Assembly: GCA_010093995.1 (NCBI GenBank)
Contig: ML992503.1
Span: forward strand, 118,984-182,983
DNA length: 64,000 nt
Reading direction: 5' to 3'
Source: Elsinoe ampelina
Lineage: Eukaryota
How positions within the stretch are numbered: the stretch's first letter is position 1; every line of letters starts with the position of its first letter. This document shows positions 31,586 through 42,591 of this stretch, in pieces. The position numbers and the translations under genes were made by a program. The notes below the pieces were generated by a model. The model saw nothing but the letters and a program-made list of their open reading frames with translations. It did not search any database and was not told the origin of the DNA.

Positions 31586-32770
31586 ATGTCTTTGCCGGTG
31601 TCGATTGGGGACATTTTGACCCTGGTGGACATTGCTAAAAGCGTCTACGAAAAGGTCAGGAAAGTCAAGGGTCAAATCGAAAAGGCAGGCTCAAAGATCA
31701 TTCGACTCGAAGGATATCTCAGAAATCTTCACTTTATACTCGTCAAAGACAAAGGCATCGGCCAGAGTGCACTCCGCAAAGATCAGGTTGCCGAGATGGA
31801 AACCATGCTCAAGGAGACTTACGAGGACGTGGCAAAATTGACTCGATTGCTGCAGGATTTTCGGGACAAGAAAGGTCCATGGGACACGCAATGGGCAAGT
31901 AGCACAGCGCACAAGATATACTGGGCTACTGGTGGTGGAGCAAAAGAACTGGAGGAATTGTCAGAAGACCTCGAAGAGAAGGTGATCGAAATTGACCGCT
32001 GGATCGGGCAGCTCAATCTTGCCATTACGCAGCAGATTCTTTCAAATCAGCTCAAGCAACAGATGAAACTAACACAACCACCGACGCAGCAATTGCCCAC
32101 TGCGTCTTCTTCGAAGCGTACCGGCGTCAGCATCCTGTTCGTCGACAAGGAAAACACAGGGCGTGGCAAGATTGCAGAGGCGTATGCAAAACTTGTCAAT
32201 CAATGGACCAGCCCCAGTCGCCAGAGTTGGCCCGCAGGTATCGTCCATTCGGTCGGTCTCAACGTAAGGCGACGAAATCAGTGCCTTCAATACGTTGAGA
32301 AACTCGATGTCAAGCACTTTCTGGATGGTAATGATACTCCAGTGGACCTGGCCATGCAGGCACTGTTCGACAACAAGCTCTTCAATCACCCTTACAAGGC
32401 AAAAATTGAGGCGAGCGTCAGGAGCTCGCGATCCCGGGGCCCTGAGCTCTCTCTGTTCAAGGAATACGACTATATACTGGTCTTCAATCGTCAAGTCGAG
32501 ACAAACATGGTGCGACTACGGCAGGAGCTTGTCAAAGCAGGTGGACTATCGGTAGCCCCCAAAGGAAAGGGGCAGATCAAGCTGCTTGGGGAGTATGGCA
32601 ACTCGAAGAATGCGGTGATATACCACCCAGTCGAGTTGAAAGCCATCAAAGGCGAGCTGGAGAGGTGGCAGAAGACAGTGTCCATGATCAAGGTAGCGTA
32701 CAAGGGTTTCTTGAAAAAAGAACTTGGATGGGAGCAGCCAACGCCAAAGGCACAAGGGGTAAAGTCGTGA
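31586..32770 (+). CDS. HeLo-like/SesA-type N-terminal helical domain fused to an LMW-PTP/ArsC-like domain with a D-x5-R loop (paralog 2)
   Basis: Starts MSLPVSIGDILTLVDIAKSVYEK; contains KIYW...KELEEL; C-terminal ILFVDKENTGRGKIAEAY, VHSVG, EYDYILVF, IKLLGEY and VIYHP; clear homolog of 29690-30901. Confidence 0.8.
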   Translation: MSLPVSIGDILTLVDIAKSVYEKVRKVKGQIEKAGSKIIRLEGYLRNLHFILVKDKGIGQSALRKDQVAEMETMLKETYEDVAKLTRLLQDFRDKKGPWDTQWASSTAHKIYWATGGGAKELEELSEDLEEKVIEIDRWIGQLNLAITQQILSNQLKQQMKLTQPPTQQLPTASSSKRTGVSILFVDKENTGRGKIAEAYAKLVNQWTSPSRQSWPAGIVHSVGLNVRRRNQCLQYVEKLDVKHFLDGNDTPVDLAMQALFDNKLFNHPYKAKIEASVRSSRSRGPELSLFKEYDYILVFNRQVETNMVRLRQELVKAGGLSVAPKGKGQIKLLGEYGNSKNAVIYHPVELKAIKGELERWQKTVSMIKVAYKGFLKKELGWEQPTPKAQGVKS

Positions 32771-33245
32771 TGGGCAGTTGATGATCATCAAGCGCCGATT
32801 TCGGGGGGTCTGGATCGACATGTGAAGCTCGAACAGACTGTATATATGAAGCTTGACACAAACTGACAAGGGAGCACACTGGACTTGTGAGAATAATGGT
32901 ACAATCCACGACCCTCTTTCGACGAACCCACGCCCTGTGAAAATAATATCTAGCATGCTATATACAAAGCTGGATTGCCCGGCGTGTTCCGAACCGCGAT
33001 TGAAACATGACGACGCCCGATTCGTAAAAAGTCCGGGGAAAGCTGGAGAAAAAGCGGGTCTCAGCTTGCCCCGCAGTGTCACGAGAGCTCCTTTGGGTGT
33101 TGCTCGTTGTTCCTCCCACTTCCACCTGTTCCCTCGTTGGCCAGGGGTCTTTTCTATCGTCTGACTCCTCCGAAGCTCTCTCTTCCTTCGTCACACAACC
33201 AATACACATTTCACAAACATCAATTGATACTTCAATACCGTCACA

Positions 33246-34241
33246 ATGAGTGCAATCGCTGAGGAGAATGGCGATGCCGTTCCAGAGATCAAAGTCCTCT
33301 TCTGCTTGTACGACAACTTTGACACCCTCGACGTCGCCGGTCCATTAGAGACATTGGGTCTGGCGGTCCATGACACCGACAGTAAGTCACCTCTTCTCCA
33401 CCATTGATGCTTCACTTCGCTCCAGGAGAGATGCCGACCTCACATTGCATGCCCATCCCCACCTCTGCCCTACCCAGACACTATGTGAGAATGGTGCTGA
33501 CCTCACATCACAGAGCGCAAGGCCTTCAAAGCCATTTTCGCTGCTCCCGCCGAGCACACCGTCTCTCGCCAGGGTGCCTCCTTCCGTGCCCACGTCGACT
33601 ACAAGGAAGCCGCCAAACTCCTCCCCGACGTCGATGTTCTCGTTGTTCCCGGCGGTGACTACGAATCCGTCATCAAGAACAAGACCGAACCTCTCAACAT
33701 CGTCAAGAACTTTGCCGAATTGCAGAAGAAGAATCCCGCCCGCGAGCGTACACTCTTCTCCGTCTGCACCGGAGCCTTTATCCTCGCCCAGCAGGGTATC
33801 CTCGCCGGCCAGTGTGCTACCACTCACCCCGACTTCTACACCAAGTTCGAGATCCTCTGCAAGAGCGTCACCCAGCGTGACATGACCGAGCGTACCGATG
33901 TCATGGAAGAGCGTTATGTCGTCAACAACCCTCGCTTCGACCTCGGTGACGAAGATGAGAACCCATACATCAGGACAAGAAAGGACCGTCGTCCAAGCAA
34001 CGCCAGGAAGGGCAGCAACTCCTGGAAGCAGAGTAATACCAGACGCGAAAGTAACGCCAGGCGTATGAGCTTGGCTTGGGGCGGGCTAAGAGTCATCACC
34101 TCCGGAGGTATCACCACTGGTCTGGACGCGGCCTTGTACCTGGTCAGTGCAATGGTCAGTCTCGAGTCTGCCAACGAGGTGGCCAGGATCATGCAGTATG
34201 AGTGGCACAAGGGTGTTGTCGTCAAGGGCGTTGATGTCTAG
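33246..34241 (+). CDS. DJ-1/PfpI (ThiJ) family protein (2 exons; intron 33382-33513)
   Basis: FDTLDVAGPLETL, DVLVVPGG, FSVCTGA (nucleophile elbow), ATTH, VITSGGITTGLDAAL; GTAAGT...CTGAC...CAG intron. Confidence 0.9.
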
Positions 34242-35137
34242 ACTGGCAATATGCTTTTCCGTGGGAAATTACAGATCGTCCAGACACGGGGGATAGATCA
34301 CGTGAGCCGGCCAGCTTTGACAGAAATGATTGAATGCAAGATGTAAAATATTCCCACTATACCCAAGTGACTTTGTTGCCCTCAATTGCGTGGTTCATGA
34401 GGAGCGTGGACTTGGTTGTTTCTGATCATCACATGGATAGGGTTCAGGAGACGTTTTACAAAGTTACCGCAATTGAGTGCTTCAGCTATTTTGGCTCCAC
34501 CTCGGAGCTTGGTCCAGTATAGCTGCCACTCGGAGTAGTCACTGGGCGGAATATGAGCTGCTTCGGCCGTGCTCAACACATGTGACATCAACCTACCTCC
34601 GGGGACTTACCTTGCCCGCCATCAGTCGCGGCAGGGCAGCTGATGACAACCATCCATCCGATCTGTCTACCCCAGCATCTTCTCCGACACATCCATGACC
34701 CGGCTTCACATGGTCATGGGTCCACCCTGGGCTCAGTTTCATTCCTTCTGTGTCCGTACCCGCCGAGCTGTGCACTACACGTCAAAAACAACAACTCGTC
34801 TCCGTGAACTAGATCATGTCCACGTGCAGTGATCTCATTTCCGATTCACGCGACCAACCAGTCCCGACCCCTGTTCTTCCCACCTCCCCTGAAGCCCTAT
34901 ACCACGAAGCCCAAACACATTGTCTCGAACCTACCCTCCAGCCCCAGCTATACCATCACGCACGACAACAACGCCCCTGACGTCTTCCTAACTCGCAAGC
35001 AGCAGAATGTATATCTTCCGAAACCCATCCTCCGCTCCACTCATTCTCTCTCAGAAACACATCCCTCCAAAACACATCACCGTCCAACTTCTCCCCATCA
35101 CCTCCTTCTCTCTCAACTCTCCTTTCCAGTCAACAAC

Positions 35138-36226
35138 ATGAAGAACGCTCTCCTCCTCGGCCCCTTGCTTCTGGGCACAACCCTCGCCGCGCCCCTCCCT
35201 TCCTCTTTCCACGAGAAGAGGACGTGGGGCCTCATCAATGCCCTTCTCGGCGGTGGTCTGGGCGGCGCTATTGGTGGTAACTCGGGATACGGAGCTGGGG
35301 TCAGCTTACCTGGTGTAGGGGTCAGCTTACCTGGCGTCGGCGCCAATGTCGGCCTTGGTGGTAGTGGGTATAAGAGTGGGGATGTCGATGCTGGTGTTGG
35401 CGTCGGTGTGGGCGGGGATGGGGGTGCGGGTGCCGGTGTGGGTGGGAGTGCGGGCGCCGGTGTGGGTGGGTACAAGGGTGGGGACTTGAACGTTGGTGCT
35501 GGCGTGGGTGGGAAGGCTGGTGGGGGTGTGGGTGGAGATGTTGGCGCTGGTGTTGGTGGTGGTGCTGGAGGGGAAGGATCTGGTGAGGGTGATACCGAGG
35601 GATCGGATGAGGGTGATACCGAGGGATCGGGTGAGGGAGGCAGCAGTGGGTCTGGTGAGGGAGGTAGTGGCAGCTACGGAGGAGGCGGCTCAGGTGGTAC
35701 TACTCCTGACACAACCTCGCCGGATACCTCGTCTCCAGGGACCACTACACCCGACAAGTCTTCTTCGAAAGGCACTACACCCGACACATCTTCCCCAGAA
35801 AGCACCACTCCAGACACTTCCGGCCCGGGTGGCACTACTCCAGAGAAAACCACTCCCGACACCACTGGTTCAGGTAGCTACGGCGGCAGCTCAGGCAGTG
35901 GGTCTGGCAGCGGCTCAGGCAGCGGCTCATGCTCCAGCCCTCCCAACGCGCCTCCACCCAAAGACTCGACCACCAAGCCCGCCGACTCTCCATCCTCCCC
36001 TGCCCCAGCCCCAGCCCCAGCCCCGGGTGGGACCACACCCGGCACCACCGCCCCCGGCTTCCCCAAAGAGTTTGGCCAAAACACAGGCCCCGCTGCACCA
36101 GCGCCCGCCCCAGTCTCCGGGAAGGGAGCCGGCGCTTACGGTAGCCCGAATAACCCTGAGCAACCTACATCCAAGTCAAAGGGCCCGGGAGGGTATAAGC
36201 GTGGAGTCGAGGCGGGGTTGCCTTGA
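35138..36226 (+). CDS. Secreted glycine-rich protein 1 (Gly-rich N-half, TTPDT repeats, Pro/Ala-rich tail)
   Basis: Signal peptide MKNALLLGPLLLGTTLAAP, Kex2-type EKR site, GVG/GAG runs, GYK motifs. Confidence 0.85.
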   Translation: MKNALLLGPLLLGTTLAAPLPSSFHEKRTWGLINALLGGGLGGAIGGNSGYGAGVSLPGVGVSLPGVGANVGLGGSGYKSGDVDAGVGVGVGGDGGAGAGVGGSAGAGVGGYKGGDLNVGAGVGGKAGGGVGGDVGAGVGGGAGGEGSGEGDTEGSDEGDTEGSGEGGSSGSGEGGSGSYGGGGSGGTTPDTTSPDTSSPGTTTPDKSSSKGTTPDTSSPESTTPDTSGPGGTTPEKTTPDTTGSGSYGGSSGSGSGSGSGSGSCSSPPNAPPPKDSTTKPADSPSSPAPAPAPAPGGTTPGTTAPGFPKEFGQNTGPAAPAPAPVSGKGAGAYGSPNNPEQPTSKSKGPGGYKRGVEAGLP

Positions 36227-37179
36227 CTTCCTGTGGTGGGAGGGTCGAAGAGATACGATCAGCACCCTGGACAGGTCAAGGGGGAGGAGCCGGAAATCCC
36301 TGGACAGGAGTACTGAAGAAGAGATGGAGTGGTAGTCGAGGGGACAAAGCGGGGGGCGTTGGTAATGTTGGTGGAGATAGATTGGGTATCGCAATTGTTA
36401 GTTCCCTTGCCGGATTGTCGTGCGTGGTGTTTGGTTGCATGATCTGAAGCGCTGTGTTGTGTGTACGAGAGTTTGGTAACTCTTGCAGCCCTGTATAGGT
36501 TCATCCGTGATGATCTGCCAGAATTAGAACATGTGGCTGGTCTTGTCTCATCATGAAGCCCTGTCGAGCTTTGTTGCAGGCAAGCCTGTGGCGACACACT
36601 ATGTCACCTGTGTACCTAGGTATTTACTTCATTTCATATTAGGGCTTTCCTGTCAGAATGATTTTTCAGATCAGCCGTCAATCGCTCATGAGTATCATCA
36701 TTCCAACTACGAACATGTTCCGATGCAATTAAGATGACTGATTGGAGTTTCCGCGTGTTTGAGTGACCTGCTGTCGGCATCACAGCTCCACTCAATCCTC
36801 GAAAGAAGTGCACCCACCTACCGGCATTGATGGTCAAGCCCTACAAGCCTGTAATCTCGACATTAGAATGGACCAGTGCGATCATGTTTCAGTCGGACAG
36901 AATCGTTTCAGTGGCCGACTGTCCAGTAGTTCCTGTCAACTCATTGACGTTGACATATGGTCGCTCACAGATATGCGACACTAGCGAGGGAAGGGCTAGC
37001 AGCACATCATTGCCACCTTTGAAATTGCCTCGGTCTGTGAAGATCGTCACCATGAGAGAGACGAATATAAGAAAGGTTCAACCGTCGATGGATTGATGCA
37101 GAACAATTCAATCGCAGTCCAGCTTCTTTCGTCTTTGTCTTTCACCTAGTAATCAAGCCTTACATTTTCTCTCCCTACC

Positions 37180-38112
37180 ATGAGGACCACAATCATAATC
37201 GCTGCGCTGGCCGCGGCTGCCTCTGCAGCTCCCATCGCTGCAGACGCCAGTGGGCCTTCTAGCTATGACACTGGTGCCGCTGGCGGCGTCGGTGGGACAG
37301 CTGGTGTTGGTGCCAATGGTGGCTCAGGCGGTACTGGTACCGGCACCGGCGGTGCAGATACCAGTACCGGGAAGAATCCTGGTGTTGGACTAGGAGCTTC
37401 TCCACGTATCGGGGGCATTCCTAACCCAGATAGCCCTCCTAATGGGGGCACTGGAGCTGCTCCGGGTACCACAGGCGACAAATCACCGAGCTATGGTGGC
37501 GGTTCCCCTCCTGTCCCAGGTAGCGGAGCGCCCGGTGCAGGCGATGCTGGCAGTGGCAGTGCTGGAGGCGGCATTGGCAGTGGAAATCTCGGTGGCGGCA
37601 TCGGTGGAGGCTTTCCATCGTTTCCAGGTCTCGGTGGCGCAGGATACGGTGGCACAGGCACAGGAGGTAGCCTTGGTGGTGCTGGCTCCGGAAGTAACCC
37701 TTTCCTCGACTTTTGGAAGCACTTGAAGGAAGGATTCGGCAAGTACGGAGGATCTGGCGGTAGCAAACTCCTCGGAGGTCTTCCAGGAGGTCTTCCCGGA
37801 GGTCTTCCAGGCGGCTACCCTGGAGGTCTGCCTGGTAGTAGCCCCGGCACGGGCGTGCAGCCAGGTGGTGGAGACAAGCAGCCTACGGATCAGCCCTCAA
37901 CCGAGCAGCCAAAGACCGAGCAGCCAGAGACTGAACAGCCAAACACTGAACAACCCACTACCCAGCAGCCGGACACCACGCAGCCAGATACTGGCGCCGA
38001 TAAGCCCGCTGGCGACACCCCTGCTGGTGGCTACACTCCAGGCGCTGATGGGTCCGAGACTTCCAAGGATGATGCATCAAAGACTCAGCCATATAATCCG
38101 CTCGACTCTTAG
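37180..38112 (+). CDS. Secreted glycine-rich protein 2 (GGLP and TEQP repeats)
   Basis: Signal peptide MRTTIIIAALAAAASAAP; 310-aa single ORF; TATAA at ~37066. Confidence 0.85.
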   Translation: MRTTIIIAALAAAASAAPIAADASGPSSYDTGAAGGVGGTAGVGANGGSGGTGTGTGGADTSTGKNPGVGLGASPRIGGIPNPDSPPNGGTGAAPGTTGDKSPSYGGGSPPVPGSGAPGAGDAGSGSAGGGIGSGNLGGGIGGGFPSFPGLGGAGYGGTGTGGSLGGAGSGSNPFLDFWKHLKEGFGKYGGSGGSKLLGGLPGGLPGGLPGGYPGGLPGSSPGTGVQPGGGDKQPTDQPSTEQPKTEQPETEQPNTEQPTTQQPDTTQPDTGADKPAGDTPAGGYTPGADGSETSKDDASKTQPYNPLDS

Positions 38113-39460
38113 ATGCCAGCATCAGAGCGCAGGTGTTGGGAGGTAGTCATAGCTGCTGTGACCACAGGGTCCAGAATATGTTCGGAAGATGTATCACGGG
38201 ACGAGATAGACTTCTTCGCCAAGTTGTCATATTCAATGTGCTATTCATCCAAGTTTCAGCTTCATCATTCTGTGATTTATGGTATGATTGACACAAGGTA
38301 TAAGAGTAGCTTTCAGCCCACCCAATGCCAAACGCAAGTGCCTTGCGTTTTGCTCGCAGTGAGGGGAGACGTGAAGGTTCAGATGACGACGCGGGATCAA
38401 GCCAGACGACAGCTTCGCGGGATCACTCGTGACTCTGCATTCCAGACCGTGGCATTATCGGGCTGAGCTTGTAGCAGCATGTTGTTGTAGGTCGAGAAAT
38501 AGACAGGGCATGACACGCGAGGTTGGCGGATTCTTTGACCTCGGCTGTCACGGGTGGCAAAGTTTTCGAACGCCTCCCACATGTCAACGACTTCTCTCCC
38601 ATCCCAACGCATGCCATCGCTTGATCTCTGTTTCTACACACTCCGCTTCACAGAACGTTAACAAGAGGTCGATCCTGGTTTCCGAGTGACTGGTCAAGCT
38701 TTCCGCCCAAGCTCATCAAAAGCTTGGTCAAGTTTGCCCTGCTGGCCATGTTTCACTCTGGTTCCTCCCCCTGAACATGGGGGCCGGCCAAAGAGGTATA
38801 CTGTTTGAGCTTTTTATAACTTTTTTCGCATTTTCTCTGGTCCACCATCACATGCTGGGAGCGATGATGGAGGAAAATCAAGCACTAGACGTGTTTCTCT
38901 GACGAGCGCCATGGTGCTCGACCGCTCCCGGTCTGTTCAACAACAGGACCACTCCAGACTCCTCCCAACAACGGAACCATCGAGCTTCTCCGCTCATCAC
39001 ATCAAGCCCTGAGAATAGTCTCACCACCATCTCCCCACAAGAGCAATTCTGCCCGAGGCAGGATTCTGTGCCCTTCATCACAAGCCTACTTTTGCCTCTC
39101 ATCCTGACATCAACCACTACATCCCAAGCAAACACATTTTGAACTATCGTTTCATGCCATCCTCTAACATGATGTCTTCGTATTCATCTCTTTGATGCAA
39201 TCTGCCCTGAGGACACCATCTCACTTCCCCGGTCGGGGGCAAAACAACACCCATCTCCTCGGCACGTAAGTCTCTGTATCGTCACAGCACAACAAGACAT
39301 AAAAGGCCAAGCATCTCCTTCCACAACCCCCATCCTTGCCAGTCACTCACTCATCTCTCTCATTCTCTCCCATCCCTCAAGAAGAAGAACGACCGGCTCG
39401 TTCCTCCCTTCATCCCAATCCTTAATCCATCACCCAAAAAAGCAAACACTATAATCAAAA

Positions 39461-40063
39461 ATGAAGACCTTCATCCCCCTCCTCGCCCTCGCCTCCATCG
39501 CCCTCGCCGCTCCTGTCCCGCAGAGCTACACTCCTTCCTCTTACGGCGGCGGCAGTGGCAGCGGTAGTGTCGACACCTCCGGCTCCGGCTCCGGCTCCGG
39601 CTCTGGCTCCGGCTCGTCTGGCCTTCCTTTCTACGGTGGTGGCTCTGGCGGCGGGACCGGCGGCGGAGCGAATGGAGGCGTAGGTGGTGGCGCTAATGGA
39701 GGCGGCAATGTTGGTGGCGGAGCTGGTGGGAATGTTGGTGGTGGTGTCGGCGCTGGTCTGCCCGGTGGATATGGCGGGTATAAGGGAGGTCTCGGGGGAC
39801 TTGGTGGCGGTGTCGGTACGGGCGCTGGACTCGGCGCGGGTCTTCGTGGTGGTCTAGGTGGTAGTGGCTATGGTGGTGGAAGCGGGGATGGGGGCAAGGG
39901 TTTGGGCATCGCCAGTGGTGTTTTGGGTAGCGTCGCCAAGGGGCTGGGTGGATTCGGGCTGGCCCTTCCAGCTGGCATTCTCGGAACTGTTGGGTCAGGT
40001 CTCGGTGCAGGGGCAGCTGCAAAGGGTGGACTTGGTGGAGGGCTGGGAGGCTACAAGTCCTGA
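39461..40063 (+). CDS. Secreted glycine-rich protein 3
   Basis: Signal peptide MKTFIPLLALASIALAAP; 200 aa, about half Gly; GGYK motifs; strong AAAATG start context. Confidence 0.85.
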   Translation: MKTFIPLLALASIALAAPVPQSYTPSSYGGGSGSGSVDTSGSGSGSGSGSGSSGLPFYGGGSGGGTGGGANGGVGGGANGGGNVGGGAGGNVGGGVGAGLPGGYGGYKGGLGGLGGGVGTGAGLGAGLRGGLGGSGYGGGSGDGGKGLGIASGVLGSVAKGLGGFGLALPAGILGTVGSGLGAGAAAKGGLGGGLGGYKS

Positions 40064-40242
40064 AGAGACAATGGGATTCTACTTCAATGACACTCCGTGT
40101 CTAATCTTGGTATTTCACAAGCAGGATACAATCCAATTTGACAGCATCTGTTGCAGGCCTTGGGGTGGTATGGGAATGATGAATTGCCAAATTGCTACAT
40201 TCGCTTGCTGTGAATCTCCATATGCACGTGCGGGCTCTGCTT

Positions 40243-41838
40243 CTAGTTGGGCGTGAACTTCTTGGTAATCCTGACCAGCAGACGGCCGTCTGTTTCTTTG
40301 CCTTCCTCGTCCATGATCTTGATGACTCGAACACCTTCTTTGAGACGCTTGAATCTGTAGCAAGCCCAGCCCACCATGTCATCCTTGGAAAAGCTCTCAT
40401 CATCCATAATCTTGAAGCGGACAAAGCTGAGATCCTCGGTAACATGCTTGACCCCTTTGAACTCCAGCTTCTGCCCTTTGAAGTCTGGATCGCGGCCTTC
40501 CTTGGCAGTGGACGTCTTTGCCTTGTACTCGCCTTCCTTCTCCTGGCCATCATCGGGCAGACCAGCTGCCTTACGCTCATCTTCCTGCTCGACATGCAGC
40601 TCCGCCTTGACGTATGCCTTGAGCTTGGTCTTTGGCAAGGCGAGGTTGGAACCGGCGAAGACTTCAATAGTAAGATCAATGGTGCCACGTTGGATAGATG
40701 AAGATCCCCAGTAGCCGGGCGGCTTCAAGACGTATCCACCAGTGCCGGCAAATAGTCCATGGTTCAACATCATCGGTTCATTGACGTATTGCCAGTTTAA
40801 CGCGGCGATCTGAACTCCGAGTCTCCAGAAAGGAGCAGGATCCAGGTTGCTCGAAGTCACACGGGTGCCTTTAGGGTATGCTCGCATGATAAAGTCCTTG
40901 TTGTGGTTGAAGAGCTTGACTGGTTCTTTGGAGTATACACTGCTCAGCTTGAACTCGCTCATGGAGAAGACATGTGTAGGATACTTGGCTTCGGGTTGAT
41001 CAAAGTCGGTGAAGTGGTAGCTACGGGTATAAAGACCCATATTGCCGAGTTCAGGAATGATCTTGCCCTTGCTGACCGACACTGACTGGGACTCATCCTC
41101 TGAATCCTTTCCGCCGGCGGTCGGCTTGGCTTGCTCTGGTGGAGAGTACTTGACCTTGATAAGGATCTTCTTCTTCAATTCATCGAGACTTGGGAGTGGC
41201 GTCTTCTCGTTCCAGTCAAAGTTGTCGATCAAGTAGGGTCCCCAGTACTCCTTCATGATCTCCACCATGATTTCCTGCTGCTCGTGCGATGTGTGGACCT
41301 CCAAGCTGATGATCAATGGCAGATCGGTTTTGGTGAAGGCATAGAGGCCAATGTTCTCAACGACATCTCGGAAAGAGCATTCTTGAGTGGCGGTAAAGCC
41401 GTGGAGAACTCTTGGTTCCACTCTGTCTGGCCTCCACTTATGGACCTTGTCGGGAGCGTGAGTATGCTGGACTTTCTTGACCCTCCCTTTCTCCTCATCA
41501 CTTGAACTCTCTGATGACGAGAGATTCTCGCCGTCCCACACATCAATCTCGACACATCTACATGCTCGCTCAAGAACCTTGGAATCATTAGGGCTGGAAA
41601 GTGGCAGCGAGATCTTTATACTCACAATTTGATATGGCTCTGCACTCGCCTTACCGTAAAGTTGGTGACCCCACAAGTACGTATTGTGACTGCTGGAAAT
41701 GAAGTAGTGTGAAAGAGGGTGCTTGGGATCAAGGTCTGTCTCCGGCGCCAGGGCGTCGCCCTCGTCGGAGGTCAATAGCTTTGTATCGATGCCCAACTTT
41801 CCAGCATGATCGAGAATTGACTGGCTAAGATTTGGCAT
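40243..41838 (-). CDS. Phosphoinositide-specific phospholipase C (X, Y and C2 domains; probable 48-nt intron 41578-41625)
   Basis: HPLSHYFISSSHNTYL, CRCVEIDVWDG, HGFT, PLIISLEVH, RAYPKG.R..SSN, GVQIAALNWQ, GYVLKP. Confidence 0.93.
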   Translation of the reverse strand: MPNLSQSILDHAGKLGIDTKLLTSDEGDALAPETDLDPKHPLSHYFISSSHNTYLWGHQLYGKASAEPYQIVSIKISLPLSSPNDSKVLERACRCVEIDVWDGENLSSSESSSDEEKGRVKKVQHTHAPDKVHKWRPDRVEPRVLHGFTATQECSFRDVVENIGLYAFTKTDLPLIISLEVHTSHEQQEIMVEIMKEYWGPYLIDNFDWNEKTPLPSLDELKKKILIKVKYSPPEQAKPTAGGKDSEDESQSVSVSKGKIIPELGNMGLYTRSYHFTDFDQPEAKYPTHVFSMSEFKLSSVYSKEPVKLFNHNKDFIMRAYPKGTRVTSSNLDPAPFWRLGVQIAALNWQYVNEPMMLNHGLFAGTGGYVLKPPGYWGSSSIQRGTIDLTIEVFAGSNLALPKTKLKAYVKAELHVEQEDERKAAGLPDDGQEKEGEYKAKTSTAKEGRDPDFKGQKLEFKGVKHVTEDLSFVRFKIMDDESFSKDDMVGWACYRFKRLKEGVRVIKIMDEEGKETDGRLLVRITKKFTPN

Positions 41839-42259
41839 GGTTGAAGGACACTGGTCTCAGGGCTGGTAGGAGGGAAGCACGGGACGGTGTTTGTTCAACA
41901 GACCCAGACGACAGTCAGGCGGTGACAGGGTGACTGCTCAAGCTGCCGTTTGAGTTCGCTTCCCGCAATTGAGTGCCCGGTCAAGCTTCGATCGGTCCAA
42001 GATTCTCTTTGAATATTTGCTCAACGGTCAGGGCTCTTCGACAAGAGTTTTGACATGTAGGAATGAGGTGCGGCTTGTGAAACAGCAAAAGTTGGCAGGT
42101 CAAGTCAGCTGGAATCCCTCGAATCGTCCCAAAACGGCAATCAAGCAACACAGAGGCTTGGCGGGAGAGCGGGCCGAAAGAGGGGCGGCGACGACGTCAG
42201 AATGCAGATCATTCGACATCTTTCATTCGACCTCAATCTCTGTGCCTTCAACTACCAAC

Positions 42260-42591
42260 ATGTGGTCATCTCAAAAAGAGGCAGAGGCCGAAGCCCGCAA
42301 GAACTTTTCTCACGTCTTCACGTGGTCAGACCGGCCAGTGAGTATCTCCATCATTTGCCACACCTCAAGTCACGTGCTCATATCCCACAGAATGCACACT
42401 ATCCACCTCACACACACTCAGGGCTTACAACCCATCTAATTCTGCGAGGTCAACTCACAATATCATACCCGGATGATGCCAGTCCGAAGAAGGACACTTT
42501 TGGACCTGGAGCTGTCGTGGATGTCGACGCGGGAAGGAAGCACGAGGTATGGATAGGCTCAGAGGGCTGCACATATGTGATTGGAGAATGA
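42260..42591 (+). CDS. Small RmlC-like cupin protein (2 exons; intron 42338-42390)
   Basis: Spliced product FSHVFTWSDRP|NAHYPPHTHSGLTTHLILRG...KHEVWIGSEGCTYVIGE; His-rich cupin motifs; GTGAGT...CAG intron. Confidence 0.85.

Noticed and set aside
34829..35137. N-terminal extension of the 465-aa ORF call
   Set aside because: CT-rich promoter/5' UTR sequence from a non-ATG start; the signal peptide begins at ATG 35138.
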